A program made the translations under genes and the position numbers. This document shows positions 19,557-28,844 of a DNA stretch of 64,000 nt, piece by piece (positions within the stretch are counted from its first letter, which is position 1; every line of letters begins with the position of its first letter). The notes beneath the pieces are model-generated. The model was not told the origin of the DNA, did not search any database, and saw nothing but the letters and a program-made list of their open reading frames with translations. Source of the DNA: a virus. The DNA lies in IMG/VR virus record IMGVR_UViG_3300030503_000566, positions 21,558 through 85,557 of that record; one strand, given 5' to 3'.

Positions 19557-20397
19557 TTAGAGTGGATTCATAAGGAGGATATTTACCTCATATAAATAAC
19601 CTAGTTTTCCCAGTGCTAGTAATACTCCCTCCTTGTTATTTGAGGGGCCAAGATTGGGAAGAATCTCTCCACATGTACTAGAGGTGGGTTGAAGTTCTAC
19701 TATTTCAAAAGTGAGTAATAATGGGCTCATCTCTGTGCCCCCACCTGTAGTGATCTCTTTTTTGTATGTGAATGAGACAAAGTATTTTTTCATTCGTATA
19801 ACGTATTTAATAGAGTTAATATTCCAATTATGATAATAAAAAACAGAAAGATAATTGTAGTGACTTTTCTATCCCTATCATCATCGTTAGGAGTAAATGA
19901 AGTTGTATCATGAATCATATACCTTTGGTTTTATCTTTCTCAAGATCGGATATTCTTTTTTCCAATCCCTCAACCTTTGTAGCAAGGTTAATGATACTGG
20001 CTGATATCTTGCTAATTAACTGATCTAAACTACTCATTGTTATAGCTATCTCGATCATTTGTTGGGCTAATTCTTCCATAAAATTGTTAATTTTAACATT
20101 AATAATAAATAAAATGGCCCCTTGTAGAAACAAGAGGCCCAACTTAACTCTAAATTACAAACGCTACAATTACTTTAATTGAGGGAATATTAGCATCTCC
20201 CATACACTGAGTTTAGATTCAGTAGTTTCAGGGGTAGCCTCCATCAGATCTTTACTAAGATCCCTGAAGAATTGTAATTTGGTAGCATCTGCAAACGGTT
20301 GGGTACTTATACCCTCCATTAGAGTTATTAATTTCTCGAAATTAGGACTAGAGCCTCTTATTTGAGCAAGCTCTTGCTCTGTCAATAAATGTTGCAT
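19557..20397 (-). other. short hypothetical ORFs (19557-19793, 19790-19918 single-TM 42 aa, 19915-~20080, 20170-20397)
   Basis: ATGA-coupled ORFs; terminator-like hairpin at 20111-20140. Confidence 0.55.
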
Positions 20398-20423
20398 AGA
20401 TTTTTGTTATTTAGAGTTTAAAA

Positions 20424-20621
20424 TTACACACTCCCACTTCTACTCCAACTCCCACTCCAACCCCAACTCCCACTCCCACTCCCACTTCTACTCCAACTCC
20501 CACTTCTACTCCCACTTCTACTCCCACTTCTACTTCTACTCCAACTCCCACTCCCACTCCCACTCCCACTCCCACTCCCACTTCTACTCCTGTATAATTT
20601 ATTCTGATGTGAGGTAATCAT
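20424..20621 (-). CDS. RS/SG/SW dipeptide-repeat peptide
   Basis: MITSHQNKLY then ~27 dipeptides, nearly all Ser-x, built from AGT-NNN hexamers; ATGA overlap with the upstream Sm-like gene. Confidence 0.6.
   Translation of the reverse strand: MITSHQNKLYRSRSGSGSGSGSGSGSWSRSRSGSRSGSRSGSWSRSGSGSGSWGWSGSWSRSGSV
20547..20582. repeat. (CCCACT)6 perfect hexamer tract within a longer degenerate array (20430-20590)
   Basis: Read directly; the minus strand is (AGTGGG)6. Confidence 0.9.
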
Positions 20622-20896
20622 AAAGTTGATTTAAAAGATTCACCGAAAGATTCAATTGCTGAATTTTGTATATACCATTCAGAGGCAAGTTTTTGAGCAT
20701 CTTTAAATTTACTATCACTAAAAGCTCCTGTTTCAAAGACTTGATATACATCCTTTAATTTAATACAACTTTCATTTACTCCTACTAATTCACCATAGTA
20801 AAAGTAATTAAAGCAAAAAATAAGAACTTTCTTACCTAATAGTGCAAATAAACCCTCTATAGGGACATCGATAACTTGTGTTGGTAACATTTTCAT
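20618..20896 (-). CDS. Sm/LSm-fold protein
   Basis: LLGKKVLI....Y.GELVGVN...I.L.D (Sm1-like) and WYI...AI.SF (Sm2-like). Confidence 0.65.
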   Translation of the reverse strand: MKMLPTQVIDVPIEGLFALLGKKVLIFCFNYFYYGELVGVNESCIKLKDVYQVFETGAFSDSKFKDAQKLASEWYIQNSAIESFGESFKSTL

Positions 20897-20921
20897 TTTA
20901 TTTGATTTAAGTGTTTATAAA

Positions 20922-21173
20922 TTATTTAATACCTGCGTGTTGTTTTATATAATCAAGATTGTTATTGATGGATATGATCTCTTCTGGTAATAAGGGGAAG
21001 CCCATTCTATATCTGCATTTAAATTCTCCCTCCTTAAAGTCAAATAGATGACGAGGGCTAGTGTTCTTATAAGTATTGCGATATAACCTACTCATCGCAG
21101 AGTAGGCATCAGAATCTAAAAGTGATTCCATGTATAAAGGTGGTCCCTCTTCAATTCTCTTTTCCATCTTCAT
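20922..21173 (-). CDS. hypothetical protein
   Basis: 83 aa co-oriented ORF. Confidence 0.5.
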   Translation of the reverse strand: MKMEKRIEEGPPLYMESLLDSDAYSAMSRLYRNTYKNTSPRHLFDFKEGEFKCRYRMGFPLLPEEIISINNNLDYIKQHAGIK

Positions 21174-21421
21174 GTTGGTTTATATATTCAAGGGTGGTAT
21201 TATAGGCAGTTTTTTGGCTCCCTTTTCTTATAAGCTTATGGAGATCTTTAGGCTCCTCAAGCATTAGCTGATTCCACTCCTCTTGGAGCTTATTAATCCT
21301 CATTTTTAACCAAGATTTAATCTCTTCCATTATTGTGTGTATTCGGTTGTATTATTACTGCTAGGATTATAAATACTAACAGTAGAATGAATGCCATAGT
21401 AAATAACATAAAATGGTGTAT

Positions 21422-21874
21422 TTAATAGTTTTTTAGCAAGAATTCCTCCTGCAATTCATGTTTAAACTCATAGTGAAACCTCTCTTTCTCCTCTTTAATA
21501 GCATCTTTGACTGACCATCCAAGAGCTACTCTAGCCAATACAGAGAATGTAGAAGTTCTACCATGCCCATGAGTACAGTGTATAAGAGCAGGTTCTCTAA
21601 GCTTTGTTACATCTGCAATGAACCTGTTAGCCTGTATCACAGTAGGAATTTCATGATCCTTGACTCTGAACTGTTTTATCTTTATCCCTATACCTTTTAC
21701 TGATCTTATATCAATATTCTCAGGTCTAAGATCAAATATTACCTTGATTCCCAATACGTTATGTAACCACTTATATTCATACCTATAGAGAGGTTGAGCA
21801 CTACGGTATATATTTCTCCCCTCATCTAGTATACCAAAATTCCTAAGGGGAACTAGTCCAAACTCCTTTTTCAT
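21422..21874 (-). CDS. cysteine-dependent (dual-specificity/PTP superfamily) phosphatase
   Basis: IYRSAQP, IFDLR, VKDH acid loop, P-loop HCTHGHGRT (CX5R). Confidence 0.88.
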   Translation of the reverse strand: MKKEFGLVPLRNFGILDEGRNIYRSAQPLYRYEYKWLHNVLGIKVIFDLRPENIDIRSVKGIGIKIKQFRVKDHEIPTVIQANRFIADVTKLREPALIHCTHGHGRTSTFSVLARVALGWSVKDAIKEEKERFHYEFKHELQEEFLLKNY

Positions 21875-21896
21875 TAGTTTAAATTTAAGAATTAAG

Positions 21897-21970
21897 TAGG
21901 CTCATCAAGACTTGAACTTGAAACCCCCAAGGTATAAGCTTGGTGCTCTAACCAATTGAGCTATAAGCCC
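21897..21970 (-). tRNA. tRNA-Ile (anticodon UAU)
   Basis: GGGCTTA/TGAGCCT acceptor stem, D-arm AGCTCAATTGGTTAGAGC, CCAAG-CT TAT AC-CTTGG, TCAAG-TTCAAGT-CTTGA; no encoded CCA. Confidence 0.9.
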
Positions 21971-21977
21971 ATAAAAA

Positions 21978-22161
21978 TACAACCTACAATTAGCTCGGTT
22001 GTCTTATGGCTTATTACTGAGCATGTCCCTCCTCAGTTTATCTGGCTAATCAGATATTTGCAGCTACCTATATATTGCTGTTTTGCCATAGGCCCAAACC
22101 CCTATGATCCTGAACTTTCGCCCTTACAGCAGCTTTTTTCCTTGTACTTCGGTATACAGGC
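21978..22161 (-). ncRNA. candidate multi-hairpin structured RNA upstream of tRNA-Ile
   Basis: Three-way junction TGCTGT/ACAGCA with GGGC-GAAA-GTTC and CATAGG/CCTATG; three more hairpins, two with complementary loops ATTAGC/GCTAAT. Confidence 0.55.
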
Positions 22162-22334
22162 ATATTAAAAATCAAGGCTAGATCTTATTGGAACCCTGCA
22201 AATAGTACTCCAATGAGTTTATTTATGAAGAAACAACATTACAATCATGAGCTTACTATGATGAGGTCTTGCCTCAATAAACTTCATTGCTATAGCATCT
22301 AAGTCTATCTTATCCATAGTAATAAATTTAAAAG

Positions 22335-22742
22335 TTAAAGTCTTTTATCAGTATGAAACTGTTGAATTTGCTGACCCTGATTTACCCAGCTTCCCGGCCC
22401 CATATCATCAGGACGATAATAGACTGTATGACAACTCTCACATTGCTTTTTCTCCTTGTTCAGAGTACTGATATCATGCAGTCGACCACCATCTTCAGGA
22501 CATTCATTATTGCATATCTTTTCGTAGTTGTTCATAGATAACTTGTTTAAACGTTCTGTTTTTGCTGTATCCAGTTTAAGCATAATAACATCTTGATCAG
22601 TGGAAATCATAGATAATTGATTTAAAGAATTAAATAAAGCTAGTTCTTTGTGTTTTACTCTTAGGGTAGCTGTACCTCTCACCACTGGAAAACTAGCAAG
22701 CCGCTGCTTCTTTAGTAAGTTAATGATACCCAAGTTATACAA
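22335..22742 (-). CDS. hypothetical protein with Zn-ribbon-like CPxD...CxxC
   Basis: ECPEDGG...QCESCH; start codon uncertain. Confidence 0.55.
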   Translation of the reverse strand: MYNLGIINLLKKQRLASFPVVRGTATLRVKHKELALFNSLNQLSMISTDQDVIMLKLDTAKTERLNKLSMNNYEKICNNECPEDGGRLHDISTLNKEKKQCESCHTVYYRPDDMGPGSWVNQGQQIQQFHTDKRL

Positions 22743-22838
22743 GGTTCATAACCCCTTGAATCAGTATACGTCTATACTGCTTGTACATGGTCTAATCCAT
22801 ACGCTACTCCTTTGAGATATAACTTAAGTATCAAAGAG

Positions 22839-23243
22839 TTATGCAAACTGTAATTCCTCAATAGCTGGTAATGAGGATATTAATTCTTCCGCTGTAATAG
22901 GGGGATCGCTAATCTCAACCGATAATCTTCTTTGATAGAAAGACACCAAGCTTCTAATATCCATCAATGCAGCTAATACTCTTTGTTTAGGAGTTTCTTG
23001 GTTATAGGAATTAGATAACCCATCATTTATACTAGTAACCTCTGATTCAAGGTATGTCCTTATTATTCTTTGGAGTGCAACTGCCTCTTTAGTAACTTCT
23101 AAAAGACCAGTACGGCTGGATCCACTCCCACAATGCCCCAATGCACAGAATGCTGTTCTCTCTGTATTGTTATAGTTACCCTCGTACCAATTTTCCTCAG
23201 GTATTGCCTGAAACTTTGCGATAAAATAATCGACTGTGTACAT
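22839..23243 (-). CDS. hypothetical protein, paralogue of 25101-25415
   Basis: YTVDYFIAKFQAIPEENW...CALGHCG...IND...QETPKQRVLAALMDI. Confidence 0.7.
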   Translation of the reverse strand: MYTVDYFIAKFQAIPEENWYEGNYNNTERTAFCALGHCGSGSSRTGLLEVTKEAVALQRIIRTYLESEVTSINDGLSNSYNQETPKQRVLAALMDIRSLVSFYQRRLSVEISDPPITAEELISSLPAIEELQFA

Positions 23244-23254
23244 AATAAATGTTT

Positions 23255-23739
23255 TTAATGTGATAAATAATATAAACATGACCATAGGAGTATCGCAATA
23301 AAGAAGGTTATCACATTAAGATTGTTTTTTTTAACCCCTCCTTCGAGAGAATCTTCGATAAAGCTAATAAGATATAGCCATGTAAAAACTAGAGCAAATG
23401 CAAAAACGAATGTAGGTAACATAAATATGATTTTTATAATATGAAAGTAAAGCCCCAAAGGACTAATAGGGTAATCCATGGTCCAATTAATGCCCCTGCC
23501 AATTCATACCAGACCTCTCCTTTTTTCTGTTGCTCGTTCTTCATGCGGAGAGGCCTAAATATTCCCACAATTAGCATTACAGCAACTGAACCATAAAAGG
23601 AAAGATTGAAATGGAGACCTATAATAGGAAAGTACCATAAACAGGCTTTGTAAAGCACAAAACCCTGTATAAATGCTCCCAATATTATAAGAATGGGAAT
23701 GAGAAATATTCCTCCTACCACTGCAAGAAATGATTTCAT
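23255..23739 (-). other. two small membrane-protein ORFs (23255-~23421, 23434-23739)
   Basis: Strongly hydrophobic translations with 2-3 TM segments each. Confidence 0.6.
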
Positions 23740-24089
23740 AAATAGAGTTTTTAAATTGTTGATTAATTATCATGTTCCTCATCATAATCAGGATCATCCA
23801 AAGGGTCAATGGTATTAGCCCCCCTTATGTTCTCTGCTGAGAGATTATATATTATATCACCCCTTGAGTTCTGTGACAGCAAATACTTCCTTATCTCCTC
23901 AATAGTGAATTTGTCTTCAATATCATATGTTTGTGACATAAATGATATTTTAAATGGTTAATTATTCCTCAAAGAGCTTTATATCAGCTTCCATGAGTTT
24001 ATAGAGTGCAATAGCCCATAATAGAGCTACTATACCAAAAGCAATATTTCCTAGCATAAAATTAGAAGTTTAAGTGGTTATTAAAATGA

Positions 24090-24575
24090 TTAATGATTTG
24101 ATGGTTTGTAAAAAGGGCACATTTTCTCATCTTTTAAGAATCTATCAAGATGGTCTCTAACAGCTATTAATCTCTCTTTTACCTTTAGATAGTCCTCAGA
24201 GTGATCAAAATGAGTCCACATTGAGACATCATCTTTACCCCAAACATCAAACTCTAATATCAAATTAGGTTGTCCATGCTTAGAGATTAATGCCTCCCTT
24301 TGTTTGTTTGAGAATGACATGTTTAATGATTTTTGGTGTTAATGCTATATAATGTGGTGTTAATTAATGCCCCTATAGGTAAGAATGGCCTTAAGTTTGT
24401 CAATAAATACCTGCCGTTGTGATATCCCACTTTCAGCAAATATTATTTCTTTTTTGTATTGAGGAGGATTTCTCCTATAAACAGCTAAAAGTGCATTTTT
24501 CTCATCTATTTCAGCTTGAGTATCAGCTATATCTTGCTGTATCTCATTAGTGGAAATATGATCGAACTCTTTCAT
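24090..24575 (-). other. two short hypothetical ORFs (24090-24320, 24360-24575)
   Basis: Co-oriented ORFs with ATG starts. Confidence 0.6.
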
Positions 24576-24596
24576 AATAAATTGATTTATAAAGGT

Positions 24597-24809
24597 CTAT
24601 GATGCACTCCTAATAGTTATAGTTTTACCTAGATTGTTAGTTCTATTCTTACCTTTCCTCTTCATAGTCTCTTGGACTCTTGAGGTAGTAAGACCTAAAG
24701 CTTTGGCACAACCAGTAATAGTCTCAAATACTCCTATAACTCTCTTAGTTTCAACATCATAGACCTTACATTTTGTCTTATCAAATGCAAATCCCTTAAT
24801 ATTACTCAT
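24597..24809 (-). CDS. stand-alone NUMOD1/IENR1-type HTH protein
   Basis: KVYDVET..VIGVFETITGCAKALGL..SRV. Confidence 0.65.
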   Translation of the reverse strand: MSNIKGFAFDKTKCKVYDVETKRVIGVFETITGCAKALGLTTSRVQETMKRKGKNRTNNLGKTITIRSAS

Positions 24810-25100
24810 TGGTTATACCTCTACTGATCAAAATGGATTTCAGTTTATGAATTTCTTTTCTTGTATCACCTGCCTTTTTTAATTCAGCACGTTTATCCCG
24901 GATATCTTGTAATATCTTTGCTGTAGGCCATTTGCTAAAATCTTCCATAAATAGTTTTATTCAGCCCTCTCATAAAGGTCATTCTCCTGATCTATAGTAA
25001 GGCTATTGTCTGCTGTAATGACTAATAGCCTTATATAATTTGCTGGATTGTTGGGAAATGTGTACATAGATGGTTGATTTAGAGTTATTTAATATATTTA

Positions 25101-25415
25101 CTACAATTTGTTTAGTTTGCCTTGCTTTATATCATTAAGGTAGGCCAATATCCTTAGTTTAGGAGTATCCTGTGTGTACAGTGGACTTAGATTATCATTT
25201 ACGACATCTATCCTGGGGAAATAATTCACTGTTAAACTGTATAGAGCAGAAGCTTCTACTGAATCATCTATTTCATTCTTAGCTCCACATTGCCCATAAG
25301 CACAATACCTAACTGAAGATCCCTGATCATCCCTACAGATAAACTGGTACATACACCACTTATCATCAGGTATATCTTCAAACTTCTTAATATAGTGGTC
25401 GATATCGTATTTCAT
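25101..25415 (-). CDS. hypothetical protein, paralogue of 22839-23243
   Basis: YDIDHYIKKFEDIPDDKW...CAYGQCG...VND...QDTPKLRILAYLNDI. Confidence 0.7.
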   Translation of the reverse strand: MKYDIDHYIKKFEDIPDDKWCMYQFICRDDQGSSVRYCAYGQCGAKNEIDDSVEASALYSLTVNYFPRIDVVNDNLSPLYTQDTPKLRILAYLNDIKQGKLNKL

Positions 25416-25437
25416 AATACATTGATTTTTAACTGGT

Positions 25438-27132
25438 TTATAATATTTTAAAATCAATCTCAGCACTTGTAATATAAGAGAAGAGTTTATAATAACCCTC
25501 TTCAGTCATACTGTAGGTATAAGCGTTTGAGGTTGCACCCTCCCATTTAACATAATATTGGTAAATATCATTACCAAATCTTCTATCAATAGGATCTCTT
25601 GAGCGAGCTACATATATCTTCTTCATAGTTAATAATTTAGAGTTAAAATAGAAGTATTAAGACCAGAAGTAGCATGATAAATAGCACGTATAGTATAATC
25701 TTCATAATCAATGATTTAGAGTTTTGATAAATACCATTTGAACACTTGTCTCGCTATTCTTAATTACTAAGTATAGCTCACCCTGATTTGAGAGTATTAA
25801 ATACATAGTAATAAGATTTAATGGTTAATAATTAAATGATTAGAGAGTCATTGTGTTATAGATAGTCTCAAGATTATCAATAACATACTGAGAATCAGCC
25901 TCTTGCAATGGTTTCTCTACTCTATTTTTGGTAGTGACAACCGCTGTATCCTTTATACCCCTCCTCGGATTACTATCTAGCCCAAAAGCAATTGCATTAT
26001 CCTTATCTATAGTACACCCAATTAGTAAAAGACCATCACTGTACTGTATCTTATCAATAATACCAAGGGCTAAGGCTTTATTAAGAAGCCTAACTTGTTG
26101 TTCTGAGAGTTTCATGTTAATATAAATTAATGATTATCAATTAAATAAAGAATTGGGTTGCATAAATGTTGACCACTTCATTAAATACTCAAAGAAGCGC
26201 CACTCATTATCCTCATTCACCTCACCATATTTGGTTAATATTAAGTACATGATTTACAATTTATGAATTGTTAATTAGTTGAAAATGAGAGTGATATACA
26301 TTAGATACCACTCTCCAATCCGAACCCTAACCTCAACCAATAGCATTTGGTTCAAATAATATAATAAAAGTCTCAAATCTCCTACCTTCATAATTAAACT
26401 GAGCTTTACCATTCACTAGATCAACATCAAATGATTTATACCAAAGGTCACAATCTTTAGCATGTTTATACTCAGGGCCATATATACACTTAATATAAGA
26501 GAGATCATTAAGTCTCATCTTAGTGGTAAGGTTGTATAAATGGCCAAATATTTCAGGGAATACGGCCAATAACTCATTCCTTTCCTTCATATTCTTGGAA
26601 TGTTTATACATTCTAACCAAATATGCGATTTGTGCGGTAGTCATAATTTAGAGTTTTAATGTTAATAAAATAGTATTAATATAACAATGAGCTACTCGAT
26701 AGCCAAGTAATAGCTGGCGACCAGCTTAACCAGCTTAACCAGCTTACGCAATACGAGTTTAAGCCTCAGCTTAATCTGGCATGGAGTATTATTTATAGCA
26801 AGCGTACACTCTTTATGCTCATTAGTATTCCTATTAGAAGAGAACATAATATGACCGGTATTTTGACATGCAACTATACAATTGCACCAGTAAGTCACAA
26901 TAGGTTTAGCCTCCTCAAAATAGATTTGTTGTAAGTCTTTCATTTTCAGATATTTAGAGTTAAGTCAATGATAATGAATAGTTTATAACGAATCTCTATA
27001 TGAGTATATCATAAGAGCTTCATCATAGGGAAAAAGATAAACAGCACCCTTAATAGAATCAGCTAGTCTTTTAGCTTCTTCTTTGTTATCAAGAGTAATA
27101 AAGTGCTTAAAATCACAGGTAATAGTATACAT
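25438..27132 (-). other. cluster of short early-type ORFs (25438-25626, 25643-25705, 25840-26115, 26333-26644, 26692-26943, 26983-27132)
   Basis: Co-oriented; most are preceded by AACTCTAAAT. Confidence 0.55.
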
Positions 27133-27154
27133 AGATTTAGAGTTTAATTAGTTG

Positions 27155-27171
27155 TTAATGCCATATAGAGC
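27155..27171. promoter_or_regulatory. 17-bp motif TTAATGCCATATAGAGC, copy 1
   Basis: Identical to 39663-39679; 16/17 to the inverted copy at 32870-32886. Confidence 0.7.
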
Positions 27172-27369
27172 TAATACCGTTACTGTTTATAACACTGTTA
27201 TTTTATCCTAACACTGTTAGATATGGGTGATATTACACCATTTATAGACTTGAGTAGTCTAAACACGTAAGTCTTCAGTGTAATACAATATATAATGGAG
27301 TAAAACATTGACAATTGTCAACAAATGGATATAAATGAGTAAGAAATGTAGTAAATAAAGGGGAATATA

Positions 27370-27401
27370 TTTGGTTATGTCAGTAATACTGCATACATTT
27401 G
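27370..27401 (+). promoter_or_regulatory. Bacteroidota-type primary sigma promoter
   Basis: TTTG-N20-TACATTTG. Confidence 0.6.
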
Positions 27402-27690
27402 CATTTCAGTTTAACATTTCATTAGGACACATAGATAAGTTATAGGCTACGGACTCACTGGCTACTATACCCCTAAGTAATTGATTCACTGAAAGTTGCC
27501 TCATTTGTCCCACCTTTTTCACTACCTTAGTGTCAAAGGTTTTGTTGTTTGTGTTACTGTAGGTAATTGAGTAAAGAGGGTTGCTAAAGTTTTATACCAT
27601 TATATATAGTAACACTCAACCTACCCATAGTGTGAATAATGTAGTACATTACTGAAAAATGTAGTACAAGGGAGAACCTATATACTGTTA

Positions 27691-27725
27691 TAATAGGGAC
27701 CAGCCATTACAGCCAGTCCCTATTA
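27691..27725 (-). terminator. long hairpin or terminator downstream of 27740-28102
   Basis: TAATAGGGACTGGCT-GTAAT-GGCTGGTCCCTATTA. Confidence 0.65.
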
Positions 27726-27739
27726 ATCAGCCATTTACA

Positions 27740-28102
27740 TTAGAAGGCAGCACCCGCCAGTTTGGCAACAGCAGCCTCAGAGAGATTGAGAGTCTTAGCG
27801 ACCTTCTGCACTTCGGCAGCAACCTCTGCTTCGAGAGTACCAACCTCAGCAGCAGCCTCGATAGCACTCACTTTGTCAGGAAAGGTAGCAGTGATCTGCC
27901 AGATTTCGCGAGGTGTCTCCAGTTTAACCAGATTGCCATCTTCGTCAGTGGTCATTGTCTGTGTAGTCTTGATGGCATAGGCATACTGGCCTGCTACAAG
28001 CTCCATGGTCTTAGTCCTTGGAAAGAATACTCTGCCTGTGATGTCATTGGCATAAGTCCTGTCGCTGCCACTTTTGGCAACATTTGCGATTTTGATTAAC
28101 AT
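27740..28102 (-). CDS. first gene of the leftward arm, Ala-rich hypothetical protein
   Basis: 120 aa; visibly higher GC than neighbours; followed by a hairpin. Confidence 0.8.
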   Translation of the reverse strand: MLIKIANVAKSGSDRTYANDITGRVFFPRTKTMELVAGQYAYAIKTTQTMTTDEDGNLVKLETPREIWQITATFPDKVSAIEAAAEVGTLEAEVAAEVQKVAKTLNLSEAAVAKLAGAAF

Positions 28103-28272
28103 GATTAAAAGTTTAAATGTTTAAGAAATTACTAATCAGGCAGGCAGCTACCCGGGGGTACCCACCTACCGCTATAATACCTAGGGGGTTTTGGGATGGT
28201 GTATACTTACCTCCCATAAAAATGAAAACTTTTTCTGGAGAAAAAAAATTATTTTCCAAACCCAAAATAACC

Positions 28273-28280
28273 TACCTTTG
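28273..28280 (+). promoter_or_regulatory. Bacteroidota -7 element
   Basis: TACCTTTG; the ATG begins at 28286. Confidence 0.5.
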
Positions 28281-28285
28281 TAATT

Positions 28286-28483
28286 ATGGATCATGCAATA
28301 AACATAAATGTAGACTATCTTGGGTACTCAGAAGATTTCTCCCTGACAATGGAGTTCATTAGGCAGTTACCTGATAAGGGTAAAATTGCCTTAGTTAATA
28401 GGATTGTTAAGGTGAGTAAAAGACTTGAGTTTATTAGGAATCAGGGTAGTGCTATACCCTTACCTGCTGATTTAAGAGATTAA
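28286..28483 (+). CDS. hypothetical protein, first gene of the rightward arm
   Basis: 65 aa after a promoter element. Confidence 0.55.
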   Translation: MDHAININVDYLGYSEDFSLTMEFIRQLPDKGKIALVNRIVKVSKRLEFIRNQGSAIPLPADLRD

Positions 28484-28496
28484 TAAAGAATATAAT

Positions 28497-28727
28497 ATGA
28501 ACTTTATAGTAATGATATACCCCGATGGGTTAGTACATAAGCTTCCTCAGGATGATCCTATGTATACGGACCTTATGACAAAGATAAAAAATGCTGCCCC
28601 TACCTTTACTCCTTACTCAGATGATGGAGATTTAGGTTTGTTCTTTGATGTTGTAGGCTCTAAGGGTCCTGTCAGGTTTAAGGTACCTACTACCAGTAGC
28701 ACAACTACAACAAGCACAACTCAGTAA
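28497..28727 (+). CDS. small protein with Thr/Ser-rich tail
   Basis: Ends VPTTSSTTTTSTTQ; hairpin at 28733-28768 follows. Confidence 0.7.
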   Translation: MNFIVMIYPDGLVHKLPQDDPMYTDLMTKIKNAAPTFTPYSDDGDLGLFFDVVGSKGPVRFKVPTTSSTTTTSTTQ

Positions 28728-28807
28728 AAAATAAACCCCTAAGTATAGAGATACTCGTGGGGTTTTCTTAAACACAATATTTTATCCCAAGATTAATGAT
28801 ATTTTAA

Positions 28808-28839
28808 TTTGGTGGTTATGAGAATGTAGCATATCTTTG
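28808..28839 (+). promoter_or_regulatory. Bacteroidota-type promoter
   Basis: TTTG-N20-TATCTTTG. Confidence 0.7.
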
Positions 28840-28844
28840 TGAGC

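Noticed and set aside
20430-20590. CRISPR array or telomere-like repeat
   Set aside because: Units are 6-bp tandem hexamers with no unique spacers, and they are in frame within an ORF
21875-21896. Theta (HDV-like) ribozymes 3' of the tRNAs
   Set aside because: The sequences right after tRNA-Ile, tRNA-Arg and tRNA-Met are AT-rich or coding, with no nested double pseudoknot visible
26720-26746. ACCAGCTTA x3 repeat
   Set aside because: A short in-frame slippage repeat (KLV x3) with no other copies seen; no evidence of function
28117-28362. 81-aa plus-strand ORF across the strand-switch point
   Set aside because: It spans the GC patch and promoter element and overlaps 28286-28483 out of frame; probably spurious
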